DNA of 64,000 nucleotides from the NCBI RefSeq assembly GCF_022869225.1, contig NZ_JALIHL010000001.1, positions 2,285,721-2,349,720 of the forward strand, read 5' to 3'. The notes under the pieces are model-generated. The model was not told the origin of the DNA. It ran no database searches and was given only the letters and a program-made list of their open reading frames with translations. This stretch comes from Chryseobacterium sp. Lineage in GTDB: Bacteria > Bacteroidota > Bacteroidia > Flavobacteriales > Weeksellaceae. This document shows positions 1-8,551 of this stretch, one piece after another. How positions within the stretch are numbered: position 1 is the stretch's first letter; each line of letters begins with the position of its first letter. The position numbers and the translations under genes are program-made.

Positions 1-407
1 ATATATTTTTTTAAGCTTTCAAATTTTGAAGGAGATAAAGTGAAACCTGTTGCCTGGTTCAAAAGAAGATCATTCCCATCGTAGTTTTTCCAAACCTGAG
101 GGTTTACATTTTCTCCGCTGAAATCCGGCGATGTATCATAATGTGAAATAAACCCGATCGTAGGTCTGTCATCATTTTCCAGGTTAGAAGGAACATAGCC
201 CATAATATATCCGTTATCATCAATGGATACATTATCTAAACCGATGGTTTTCAACTCTTCAGCAATATAATTCGCAATATCCCACTGTCTGGAAGTAGAA
301 GGTGTAGCTTCACTTTCAGCATCACTGGTTGAATATATTTTTACATAGCTCAGAAAACGGTTCAGTAATTTCTCTTTCCACAAGGGGTTGAATTCTATTG
401 TACTCAT
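1..407 (-). CDS. pepT: Peptidase T (tripeptide aminopeptidase), 5' part, runs off the window
   Basis: Manual translation from ATG at 407: MSTIEFNPLWKEKLLNRFLSYVKIYSTSDAESEATPST...GFISHYDTSPDFSGENVNPQ; typical PepT N-terminus with HxDT metal ligand. Not in the ORF track. Confidence 0.9.
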   Translation of the reverse strand, partial: MSTIEFNPLWKEKLLNRFLSYVKIYSTSDAESEATPSTSRQWDIANYIAEELKTIGLDNVSIDDNGYIMGYVPSNLENDDRPTIGFISHYDTSPDFSGENVNPQVWKNYDGNDLLLNQATGFTLSPSKFESLKKY

Positions 408-596
408 CAGATTTATCATAAATTTTAACAAAGTTAGCAAATTTGAAGCTCAGAACGCATTATTTGCGGCTGAATATGAATTATCGAAATTTTAAATCGG
501 ATATAAACCTCTGGAAATCAAAATAGTGTTAGATTTGTATGTACCGGATATAAAATTGTTTAGTTTTATTATATTTGAGAAAATCAAAAAGTAAAA

Positions 597-1444
597 ATGT
601 TTCTTACCGAATGTCCTAGAGATGCAATGCAGGGATGGGGAGAGTTTATCCCTACCCATAAAAAAATAGATTATATCAACTCCTTGATGGATGTTGGTTT
701 TGATGTTTTGGATAGTCTGAGTTTTGTTTCTCCGAAAGCAATTCCACAAATGGCTGACTCTGATGAGGTTGCGGAAAATATTGATAAATCCCGTTCGAAG
801 ACTAAAGTCTCTGCCATTATTGGAAACTATAGAGGCGCTGAAAAAGCGCTGAAGCATCAGTCTGTGGATATTCTTGGGTTTCCTTTCTCTATTTCTGAGA
901 CGTTTCAGCACAGAAATACCAACAAGGCCAGGAAGAGGCTTTTAGTGAAATTATTAAAATGCTTGAATTGGTCGGAAGAGAAGGAAAACAGCTTAATATC
1001 TATTTCTCGATGGCTTTTGGAAACCCGTATGGAGAAATGTGGAAATGGGAAGATGTGGACCACTGGGCCCAACGATTTTCAGAAATAGGAGTGAAAGATA
1101 TCCTGCTTTCTGATACAACAGGAGTAGCAACTCCTGAATCCATTGCTCTTTTATTTGAAAAAATACCTTCAAAATATCCTGAAATTAACTTTGGAGGTCA
1201 TTTCCATAACCGGTATGAAGATTCTTATTCAAAATTAAAAGCGGCTTACGATCAGGGATGCCGGAGGTTCGACAGTGCTATCAAGGGAATCGGCGGATGC
1301 CCTATGGCTAAAGATGACCTGGTGGGAAATATGCCTACAGAGCAGGTGATCAATTTTATGAGCGTAGAGAAAGTGGATCATAAACTGAACCTTCTGAATT
1401 TTGAAAGCTCTTATAATAAGGCTAAGGATATTTTTCATTTTTAG
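597..1444 (+). pseudogene. HMG-CoA lyase family protein, frameshifted (real lesion or sequencing error)
   Basis: ORF 597-1088 (ECPRDAMQG) and ORF 959-1444 (HFHN, GGCPMA) are two halves of one protein. One added base near 926 restores NTNKSQEEAFSEIIKMLE. Confidence 0.85.
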
Positions 1445-1447
1445 CGG

Positions 1448-2431
1448 ATGAAATCATTGTATATTATTACATTGATGCTGTGTTCTTCCTTATTTTTATC
1501 CCAAAAAGTGGATAAACTGTTCAGTGAAGAGAGGTTTACAGATATTATTGCCTTAGAACATGAAAGTCCAAACTTTTCCGGACAAGAGCTGTACCAGCTG
1601 GGATTTGCTTTTTTCAGAGCAGAAAATGATGATAAAGCGATTGAATATTATGATAAAGCGCTGAAAAAAGGATTTGATAATCCCATTGTTTTTTTTCAGA
1701 AAGGGCTTTCGGAAATGTATCTTAAAAAATATGACGAAGCACTTAAAAATATCAGCAAAGCCATTGAAGCAGCCCCATTAGCCGAGTTTTACTATGAAAA
1801 ATATCGTATACTGTATACACGGGAGGATTATATAAATGCTGAAAAAACATTTTTAGAGGCATTAAACAAATCTGTGAAGAAAGACAAATGGTATGTTGAA
1901 ATGGTAATGGCAGCAGGAAACTTTTATTATACCAGAAAAGATTTCGCAAAATCTGAGACAATATATCGGGACGGAATTGCAGAATTTCCAAAAGAATATG
2001 AATTGTATACAAAACTTATCAAGGCCCTAAACGCTCAGAATAAGTTTTCTGAAGCTGACATTTATTTTGATAAAATGAAAGTGTTTTATGAAAATAAAGA
2101 ACTTTCTGAGGATGAAATGAAGTTTAAAAATTTGGCTGTAGATGAGTTTGAATGGAAGAATCAGTGGATAAATGTCCATAAATACTTTGTAAAGCCTAAG
2201 AATACGCTGGAGGGTTTATATATCCTTTATCTTATTGATAAAAAAGGAGAAAAAGTAGAACGTAAGTTTAAAATTGAAAAGACCCTTCAACTTGGGAAAA
2301 CAGATCCTGAATTTGTTATTTGTGAAGAAATAAAAGATGGGCATACCACTTATCCAATTGGATTTAAAGATGATCGTTTCACTCTCGAAAGTTTAAGGCG
2401 TGAAATTGTTAAAGTTTTAGATAATGCATAG
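1448..2431 (+). CDS. Secreted tetratricopeptide-repeat protein
   Basis: Signal-peptide-like N-terminus; repeated TPR-like helices (YQLGFAFF..AIEYYDKAL; FFQKGLSEM..ALKNISKAI). Confidence 0.75.
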   Translation: MKSLYIITLMLCSSLFLSQKVDKLFSEERFTDIIALEHESPNFSGQELYQLGFAFFRAENDDKAIEYYDKALKKGFDNPIVFFQKGLSEMYLKKYDEALKNISKAIEAAPLAEFYYEKYRILYTREDYINAEKTFLEALNKSVKKDKWYVEMVMAAGNFYYTRKDFAKSETIYRDGIAEFPKEYELYTKLIKALNAQNKFSEADIYFDKMKVFYENKELSEDEMKFKNLAVDEFEWKNQWINVHKYFVKPKNTLEGLYILYLIDKKGEKVERKFKIEKTLQLGKTDPEFVICEEIKDGHTTYPIGFKDDRFTLESLRREIVKVLDNA

Positions 2432-2473
2432 AAGGCGGCAGGTTCAGTAAAATTTAAATAAGCTATTGTAATA

Positions 2474-3316
2474 ATGACAACGACCCCAATAATTTCAGTA
2501 TCCGAATTAAAAAAACTTCCAACAGAAAACCTCATCATCCTTGATGCAAGAGCAGGAAAAGATGCTGAGCAGGCTTATCTTGAAAAACACCTCAAAGGAG
2601 CCCGCTTTATCAGTCTGGAGACTCATATGGCGGAGATAGGGGAGAATGCTGCTTTTGGAGGAAGACATCCGCTTCCGCCAGTTGAGAAATTTGCTGAAAT
2701 ACTTTCTGATCTGGGAATAGCAAATGATTCCCAGATCGTGGTGTATGATGATAAGAGTGGAGCAAACGCGGCAGCAAGAGCGTGGTGGATGCTGAGAGCA
2801 TTCGGGCTGGAAAAGGTACAGGTCCTTGATGGAGGGATACAGGCTGCTGAAAGAGAGGGGGCTGCATTTTCATCAGGGGAAGAGACCGCTGAAAAAGCTT
2901 CTCGAATTAAAAAAGAATCCTGGGGTCTTCCCGTGTCAACTCTTGAAGCGGTTGAAAATGAACTGAAAAACAATTCTTCTACTGTAGTGGATGTAAGAGA
3001 TGCCTACCGATACAGGGGAGAATCCGAACCGATTGATTGGGTTGCCGGACATATCCCGGGAGCGATTAATATTCCTTTTTCTGAAAACCTTGATGAAAAT
3101 GGAAACTTCCTGAAGCCGGATGTTTTAAAGGAAAAATATACCCAACTTTTAAAAAACAAACCCGAATCCCTGATTATTCATTGCGGTTCCGGAGTTACAG
3201 CATGCCACACTATTTTGGCACTGGACTATGCCGGGCTTACCATCCCGAATCTTTATGTAGGTTCATGGAGTGAATGGAGCCGGAGAGAAGGAAAAGAGAT
3301 CGCAAAAGAAATTTAA
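2474..3316 (+). CDS. Sulfurtransferase, tandem rhodanese (SseA/MST-like)
   Basis: GRHPLP, RAWW, GHIPGA, active-site loop CGSGVTAC, YVGSWSEW. Confidence 0.92.
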   Translation: MTTTPIISVSELKKLPTENLIILDARAGKDAEQAYLEKHLKGARFISLETHMAEIGENAAFGGRHPLPPVEKFAEILSDLGIANDSQIVVYDDKSGANAAARAWWMLRAFGLEKVQVLDGGIQAAEREGAAFSSGEETAEKASRIKKESWGLPVSTLEAVENELKNNSSTVVDVRDAYRYRGESEPIDWVAGHIPGAINIPFSENLDENGNFLKPDVLKEKYTQLLKNKPESLIIHCGSGVTACHTILALDYAGLTIPNLYVGSWSEWSRREGKEIAKEI

Positions 3317-3322
3317 AGAATA

Positions 3323-3347
3323 AAACCCCGGATATCGTCTGGGGTTT
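3323..3347 (+). terminator. Probable intrinsic terminator after the sulfurtransferase
   Basis: Hairpin aaaccccgga-tatcg-tctggggttt followed by a T-rich tail. Confidence 0.6.
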
Positions 3348-3520
3348 ATATTTTATTGGAGATATTCCATTGTTTTGAGAGGAAGCTGGATTGGAAGAAG
3401 GGAAGTTCTTGAAGCCCATAGAAGAATTGAAGCTTAATTTTAGAGTATCATTTCCACTAAATCATAGCAAGGAATTAAATAATCATATAACTTCCAGCTT
3501 CATTATTCTGACTTCCAGCT

Positions 3521-3847
3521 TTACAGCATTCCTAATTCAAACTTAGCTTCTTCGCTCATCATATCCTTATTCCAGCTCGGCTCGAATGTAAGCTCTAAAT
3601 CAACACTTTTTACATTTTCCACTTCTGCTACCTTATCTTTTACTTCCTGAGGAAGAGTTTCGGCAACAGGACAATTGGGAGTCGTAAGTGTCATTACAAT
3701 TTTTACGTCTGCATCATCGGAGATCTGTACATCATAAATCAGCCCTAATTCGTAAATATCCACTGGAATTTCAGGGTCATATACGGTTTTCAGTACCTTG
3801 ATGATTTCTTCACCAATGTCAGCAATTTGATCGTCTGTAAATTTCAT
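3521..3847 (-). CDS. DUF59/PaaD-like Fe-S cluster assembly protein (SUF-associated)
   Basis: VYDPEIPVDIYELGLIY, MTLTTPNCP, FEPSWNKDMM. Confidence 0.92.
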   Translation of the reverse strand: MKFTDDQIADIGEEIIKVLKTVYDPEIPVDIYELGLIYDVQISDDADVKIVMTLTTPNCPVAETLPQEVKDKVAEVENVKSVDLELTFEPSWNKDMMSEEAKFELGML

Positions 3848-3850
3848 TTT

Positions 3851-4552
3851 TTAATCTAGATTGATATTCCTTTTCAACAAATCTTCCTGACGCATGCGCC
3901 GGAAAATATTTGCCAAAGTTAAGACATCTTTTTCACAATAGTCAACAATTCGCTGCAAGTCTTTTTCTATGTAGTAGATTGATGAAACCATTGAGCCGTC
4001 AATATCGTCCTTTGGAGTAGGAATACCAAAGACATGAGCCAGCAGCTCAAGGGATATAAAACTTTTATAATCCCCGAATTTCCATAGTTCCATCGTATCC
4101 AGATGAGGGATTTCCCAGGGTTTTTTTCCATACATCTGAAACGGGGACGGAGGCTGCATCCCGTTGATTAAATACCGCCTTGCGATCCAGGGAAAATCAA
4201 ACTCCTTTCCGTTGTGGGCACATAGAATAACATCACGAAGTCTGGGACTGTTGAAAATCTCTCCAAACTCCAGAAGCATTTTCTTCTCATCGTGGCCAGA
4301 AAAGCTTTTTATTTTTAACGTTTCATTTTTTTCGAGCATTCCGATGGTAATGCAGATAATTTTTCCAAATTCAGCCATAATGCCGGCCCTTTCATAAAAC
4401 TGCTCTGCGGAAATATCTTCTTTTCTCTGGAATTTTGTTTTTTTATCCCACAGGTACTGCTCGGTTTCGGATAATTCATCCCAGGACCCGGCTTGCGGAA
4501 CGGTTTCAATATCAAGAAATAAAATTTTTTCTAATGGTATATTTTGTATCAT
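3851..4552 (-). CDS. 3'-5' exonuclease, DEDD/PolB-exonuclease-like
   Basis: Exo I FLDIETVP, Exo II HNGKEFDFP, Exo III YCEKDV. Confidence 0.88.
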   Translation of the reverse strand: MIQNIPLEKILFLDIETVPQAGSWDELSETEQYLWDKKTKFQRKEDISAEQFYERAGIMAEFGKIICITIGMLEKNETLKIKSFSGHDEKKMLLEFGEIFNSPRLRDVILCAHNGKEFDFPWIARRYLINGMQPPSPFQMYGKKPWEIPHLDTMELWKFGDYKSFISLELLAHVFGIPTPKDDIDGSMVSSIYYIEKDLQRIVDYCEKDVLTLANIFRRMRQEDLLKRNINLD

Positions 4553-4635
4553 CTCTTGTTTTTTTCTAAGTTGAAATATATGACATAATAAATGAATAAT
4601 CCAAAACGTTTTAAAAGGAGATAAATTATATTCTT

Positions 4636-5412
4636 ATGAAGAATCTATTTCTTATAGGAGGCAGTATGAGCTTACTATTAATGACTTCATGCAATAGTTC
4701 AGATGAAAACTCTGGTTCTAATGCAACAGTGAATGTAAGGCTTACAGATGGCCCTGCAGCATATACTGCCGTTAATATTGATATTCAGAAAATTGAAATT
4801 AATACGAATGGCGGATGGACTACGTTGAATTTTCCCAAACCGGGAGTCTACAACCTTCTGAACTTTAAAAATGGAACAGATGTGATTTTGGGACAGGCGG
4901 AGCTTCCGGAAGGCAAGGTTTCTCAAATGAGAATGGTGCTTGGTTCCAATAACAGCATAGTGGTCAATGGGACAACCTATCCCTTACAGACTCCATCTGC
5001 TCTGCAGAGCGGTTTGAAGTTTAACTGGAACCAAACGTTATCAGCCAATGGAGCCTATACCGTATGGATAGATTTTGATGCCGGAAGATCTGTGGTCGCG
5101 ATGGGTAACAACTCTTATATTTTGAAGCCTGTCATCAGGGCTTTCTCCGAATTGACAAACGGACAGATAAAAGGATATGTACTGCCTCAGGCTGCAAAAG
5201 CCTCCGTTCACGCCATTATGGCGTCAGATACTATTGCAACTGCAATCCCTAATCCTGATGGTTTTTTTATGCTGTCGGGACTTCCCCAGGGAAATTATAC
5301 CGTTTCCTACGATGCAGCAGGAAATACAGGTTATGTGGATGAAAGTACAAATAATGTCTCTGTGACTTTTGGAAAGGTTAGTGATCTTGGAACCAAAACA
5401 CTGCATCAGTAA
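4636..5412 (+). CDS. DUF4382-like lipoprotein with C-terminal carboxypeptidase-regulatory-like domain
   Basis: Lipobox LMTSC; VRLTDGP, IDFDAGRS, YILKPVIR motifs. Confidence 0.75.
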   Translation: MKNLFLIGGSMSLLLMTSCNSSDENSGSNATVNVRLTDGPAAYTAVNIDIQKIEINTNGGWTTLNFPKPGVYNLLNFKNGTDVILGQAELPEGKVSQMRMVLGSNNSIVVNGTTYPLQTPSALQSGLKFNWNQTLSANGAYTVWIDFDAGRSVVAMGNNSYILKPVIRAFSELTNGQIKGYVLPQAAKASVHAIMASDTIATAIPNPDGFFMLSGLPQGNYTVSYDAAGNTGYVDESTNNVSVTFGKVSDLGTKTLHQ

Positions 5413-5437
5413 TATCAGTCCATGTAAAAATTTATAC

Positions 5438-5465
5438 CCCTTATAGAACCTAAATTCTATAAGGG
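5438..5465. terminator. Bidirectional terminator between convergent genes
   Basis: Perfect 11-bp stem cccttatagaa-cctaaa-ttctataaggg. Confidence 0.7.
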
Positions 5466-5482
5466 CTTATTGTGTGTTCAGC

Positions 5483-5830
5483 TTATCCTACCTGCATTCC
5501 GTTTTTCGTAGGCAGGGAAGGTGTTAAAAGGGTAACCTCTTTTTTATCTTCGCCGTATAATCCCAGGACAAGGCACTCGCTGAAGAAGTTGGCAATCTGT
5601 TTTTTAGGGAAATTAACAACCGCCAGAATCTGTTTTCCCACCAATTCTTCTTTCTGATACAATGAGGTGATCTGTGCGGATGATTTTCTGATTCCTAAAT
5701 CTCCAAAATCTATTTCCAGTTGATAGGATGGATTTCTTGCTTTTTCAAAATCATTGACTGAAAGGATGGTTCCGCACCGGATATCTATCTTTTCAAAATC
5801 TGCCCAGGTGATGTCTGGTTTTAAGTTCAT
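5483..5830 (-). CDS. csaA: CsaA-like tRNA-binding/chaperone OB-fold protein
   Basis: DFEKIDIRCGTI, SSAQIT, VVNFPKKQIANFFSECLVLG. Confidence 0.88.
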   Translation of the reverse strand: MNLKPDITWADFEKIDIRCGTILSVNDFEKARNPSYQLEIDFGDLGIRKSSAQITSLYQKEELVGKQILAVVNFPKKQIANFFSECLVLGLYGEDKKEVTLLTPSLPTKNGMQVG

Positions 5831-6336
5831 GGTAATGTGTTGATTAAAAGTTCTACTTCTGTTTTCTGTTCTGCATATTTTTGCTGTAATACTGAGCCTT
5901 CACCCATTCTTTTGTAATATTCCAAGGCTTTCCCTCCGAAGAATTTTTTATGAAAATCTGAAACTTCCGGTATCTGCGGAAAGACTTTGTGAAAAAGCAT
6001 TTCATAATAGGCCTGAAATTCTCTTTCATTTTTATCCTCTATCACCTGCCCCGGAGCTTTCTGCCTCACATGGAGCATTTCATGGGCAATCATATTCAAT
6101 ACCAGATTCAGATCAAAATCAAATAAATTTTTCGGGATCATTACTGTTTGCGGGCGTCCCAATTCCCCTTCAGCCGTAAGAAGCATTGAAGTAGGGGAAA
6201 GTTCCTGTCTGAATCCAAACCCTGCAAAGTTTTCATGTTCCAGATTAAAAGAATGGATCAGATACCTAGCCGCATCCAAAATCTGGTCATGTTCTTTATA
6301 AGCATCAAGGTGTAAATGGATCTGCTCGAAATTCAT
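5827..6336 (-). CDS. Hypothetical protein with HExxH zincin-like motif
   Basis: AHEMLHVRQ followed by NEREFQAY; overlaps the csaA start by 4 nt. Confidence 0.7.
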   Translation of the reverse strand: MNFEQIHLHLDAYKEHDQILDAARYLIHSFNLEHENFAGFGFRQELSPTSMLLTAEGELGRPQTVMIPKNLFDFDLNLVLNMIAHEMLHVRQKAPGQVIEDKNEREFQAYYEMLFHKVFPQIPEVSDFHKKFFGGKALEYYKRMGEGSVLQQKYAEQKTEVELLINTLP

Positions 6337-6902
6337 CTGAATAGGTTGAATAACAAATGTATTAAAATATTGAGAATTATGATATATTTTAATTATTCGA
6401 AAGTACAGGGGGAAAAAATGATTGTTTTGACCTTTCAGTTCGCCTCATCATACGGTTTTTGAATTAACGATTAGTGGGGATTTTGTATATTTGCAAAGTA
6501 AATGATAATTCGCAAAGTAAACGATAATATTTGCAAAGTAGACAATAATTATTTTTAGACTTTTAAGATTCATGGTATTTTTAAAATAGGACTTGTAATT
6601 TAAAAGATAAATTATTTAAAAAAAAGCGTAAAGATCCGTCATAATGGAGTTATATTAAAAACTTTCCATCTCCTGCTCCCATTCTAACAACTTTCCCCAA
6701 CTTTTCTTTGTCTTTAAAAGCAAAATTGCAAATGATCAACATTTTTCTACCGTTCTCACCATCACCAATTTATTGGATTAGATAAACGATAATTAACTTT
6801 CCTACACTTTTTATATAGGATATTCTAATTATGAGTGTTTTTAGTATGATAAAACTCATATCACTTCTTTTAATAAATCTTTTAGTCGTGAACTAAAAAG
6901 AA

Positions 6903-6910
6903 TACTTTTG
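6903..6910 (+). promoter_or_regulatory. Bacteroidota primary-sigma -7 element of the T9SS/Rhs operon
   Basis: TACTTTTG matches TAnnTTTG, 40 nt upstream of ATG 6950; no clear -33 element. Confidence 0.55.
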
Positions 6911-6949
6911 CAGCCATTTTAATAACATTAACTCAAAAACAACACGGGA

Positions 6950-8551
6950 ATGAAGAAACTTTATCTCGGTGCATATACATTATGCACAGTTTTAGGTGTG
7001 TCTGCTCAGGAAGTGGTTTGGCAAAAGGACATCAAATCCTCTACTCAGGATTTCCTAAGTCAGGTGACCACCACTATCGATCAGCAGTATCTCATCACAG
7101 GAAGCTCTATTCGGAGCGACAAACAGCAAACTTTAGGTAATAAACAGAACAACGGCTACGATTTCCATGTGGTAAAACTCAACCAACAAGGAGAAGAAGC
7201 TTGGGAAAAGTATTTCTCAGGGTACAATCATGATTATTTGTCGGCAATAGTAAGCACTCAGGACGGAGGATTTCTATTAGGAGGAACATCCTATTCCGGA
7301 AAAGGATTGGATAAAAAAGAAGATTCTAAAGGCGGATCTGATATTTGGCTGATCAGAATCAATGAATTTGGCGATGAGCTCTGGCAGAAGACTTTAGGAA
7401 ACTCCTATGATGAAGAAGCTAAAGCAGTGATTCAAAGTACAGACCTAGGCTTTTTTGTAGCTGGAAATGTACAGAACTCTTCTAAAGGCTATGGTTCTAA
7501 AGATGTCTGGATCATCAGACTGGATAAAGACGGAAAAGAATTGTCCCAACTGGTATTAGGCGGAGAAGGTTTAGATGACGTAGAGAAAATGATTCCAACG
7601 AAAGATGGCGGAGCATTATTAGGGATTTATTCCAGGAGTTCCGAGGTTCGTGTTTCAGGATCCGGGAATAATCCTCGTGAAACTTCTTCAACTTCTGCAT
7701 CCAGCACTGCAAAATCTACAGAAAATTTCGGTGAAGGTGATTATTGGATCATTAAACTGGATAAAAACGGGAAAGTAGAATGGGAAAAGAACTATGGTGG
7801 TAAAGCAGATGATCATATCAGAACTTTGGCTTTAATCGCAAATGGCTACATCATTGGTGGAGAATCCAGATCCGAAAGATCAGGAAACAAAACAGTCTGT
7901 ACCCAAGAAGGAACAGACCTTTGGTTAATTGCACTTAATGAAAGAGGTGATGAACAGTGGCAAAAATCTTACAATTTCAAAAATCGGGATATTTTAATGG
8001 GAATGAGCGTTATTCATTCCGCAGATGACAAAACTTCCAAAGGAATTTTATTGGGGGGTTACACCCAAGCCGAAGGAAGAATAGAAAAAGATGATGAAAC
8101 CTTCTGGATGTTGTATTTAGATGGCAACGGAAATGAACAATGGCGAAAACATGTAGCAGGAGAATCCAGGCAGAAAGAAGAAAGACTTTCAGATCTGAAG
8201 TTAAACAGGGATGGTTCAATTATTCTAGCCGGAACCAGTGCTAAAGAACTTGGAAAAGAGAACTGGAAGATTGTAAAGCTGGGTGATAAACAGGTGAATG
8301 ACCTGATTGCAAAATATGATATCAAGATTTATCCGAATCCTGTATCAGATTATGCTTATGTAGAAATCGGTTTTGACTTTAAAGAGGCTGATATTATGCT
8401 GTATGATATGAGCGGAAGACAGCTTCAGAACTTTAAAACCAAGAACAGAGTGACGAAGGTAAACACTCAAGCTTTGGTACAGGGAGCTTATCTGGTAACT
8501 GTAAAAACCAATACAAATAAAACTGCAAATTCTAAAATTATTAAAAAGTAA
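6950..8551 (+). CDS. T9SS type A sorting domain protein with beta-propeller-like repeats
   Basis: Signal peptide (..SAQ); repeated D(F/I/Y)W(L/I)(I/V)(K/R)LD..G...W.K..GG units; CTD IKIYPNPV..YDMSGR..GAYLVTV..KIIK. Confidence 0.9.
   Translation: MKKLYLGAYTLCTVLGVSAQEVVWQKDIKSSTQDFLSQVTTTIDQQYLITGSSIRSDKQQTLGNKQNNGYDFHVVKLNQQGEEAWEKYFSGYNHDYLSAIVSTQDGGFLLGGTSYSGKGLDKKEDSKGGSDIWLIRINEFGDELWQKTLGNSYDEEAKAVIQSTDLGFFVAGNVQNSSKGYGSKDVWIIRLDKDGKELSQLVLGGEGLDDVEKMIPTKDGGALLGIYSRSSEVRVSGSGNNPRETSSTSASSTAKSTENFGEGDYWIIKLDKNGKVEWEKNYGGKADDHIRTLALIANGYIIGGESRSERSGNKTVCTQEGTDLWLIALNERGDEQWQKSYNFKNRDILMGMSVIHSADDKTSKGILLGGYTQAEGRIEKDDETFWMLYLDGNGNEQWRKHVAGESRQKEERLSDLKLNRDGSIILAGTSAKELGKENWKIVKLGDKQVNDLIAKYDIKIYPNPVSDYAYVEIGFDFKEADIMLYDMSGRQLQNFKTKNRVTKVNTQALVQGAYLVTVKTNTNKTANSKIIKK

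Noticed and set aside
492-911. 139-aa minus-strand ORF and the many other 60-185 aa ORFs nested in recognised genes
   Set aside because: Fully or largely overlap well-supported genes and show no motifs.
6493-6548. Possible mini-CRISPR array
   Set aside because: Units are nearly contiguous with 3-5 nt between them, no spacers and no cas genes; kept only as a regulatory repeat.
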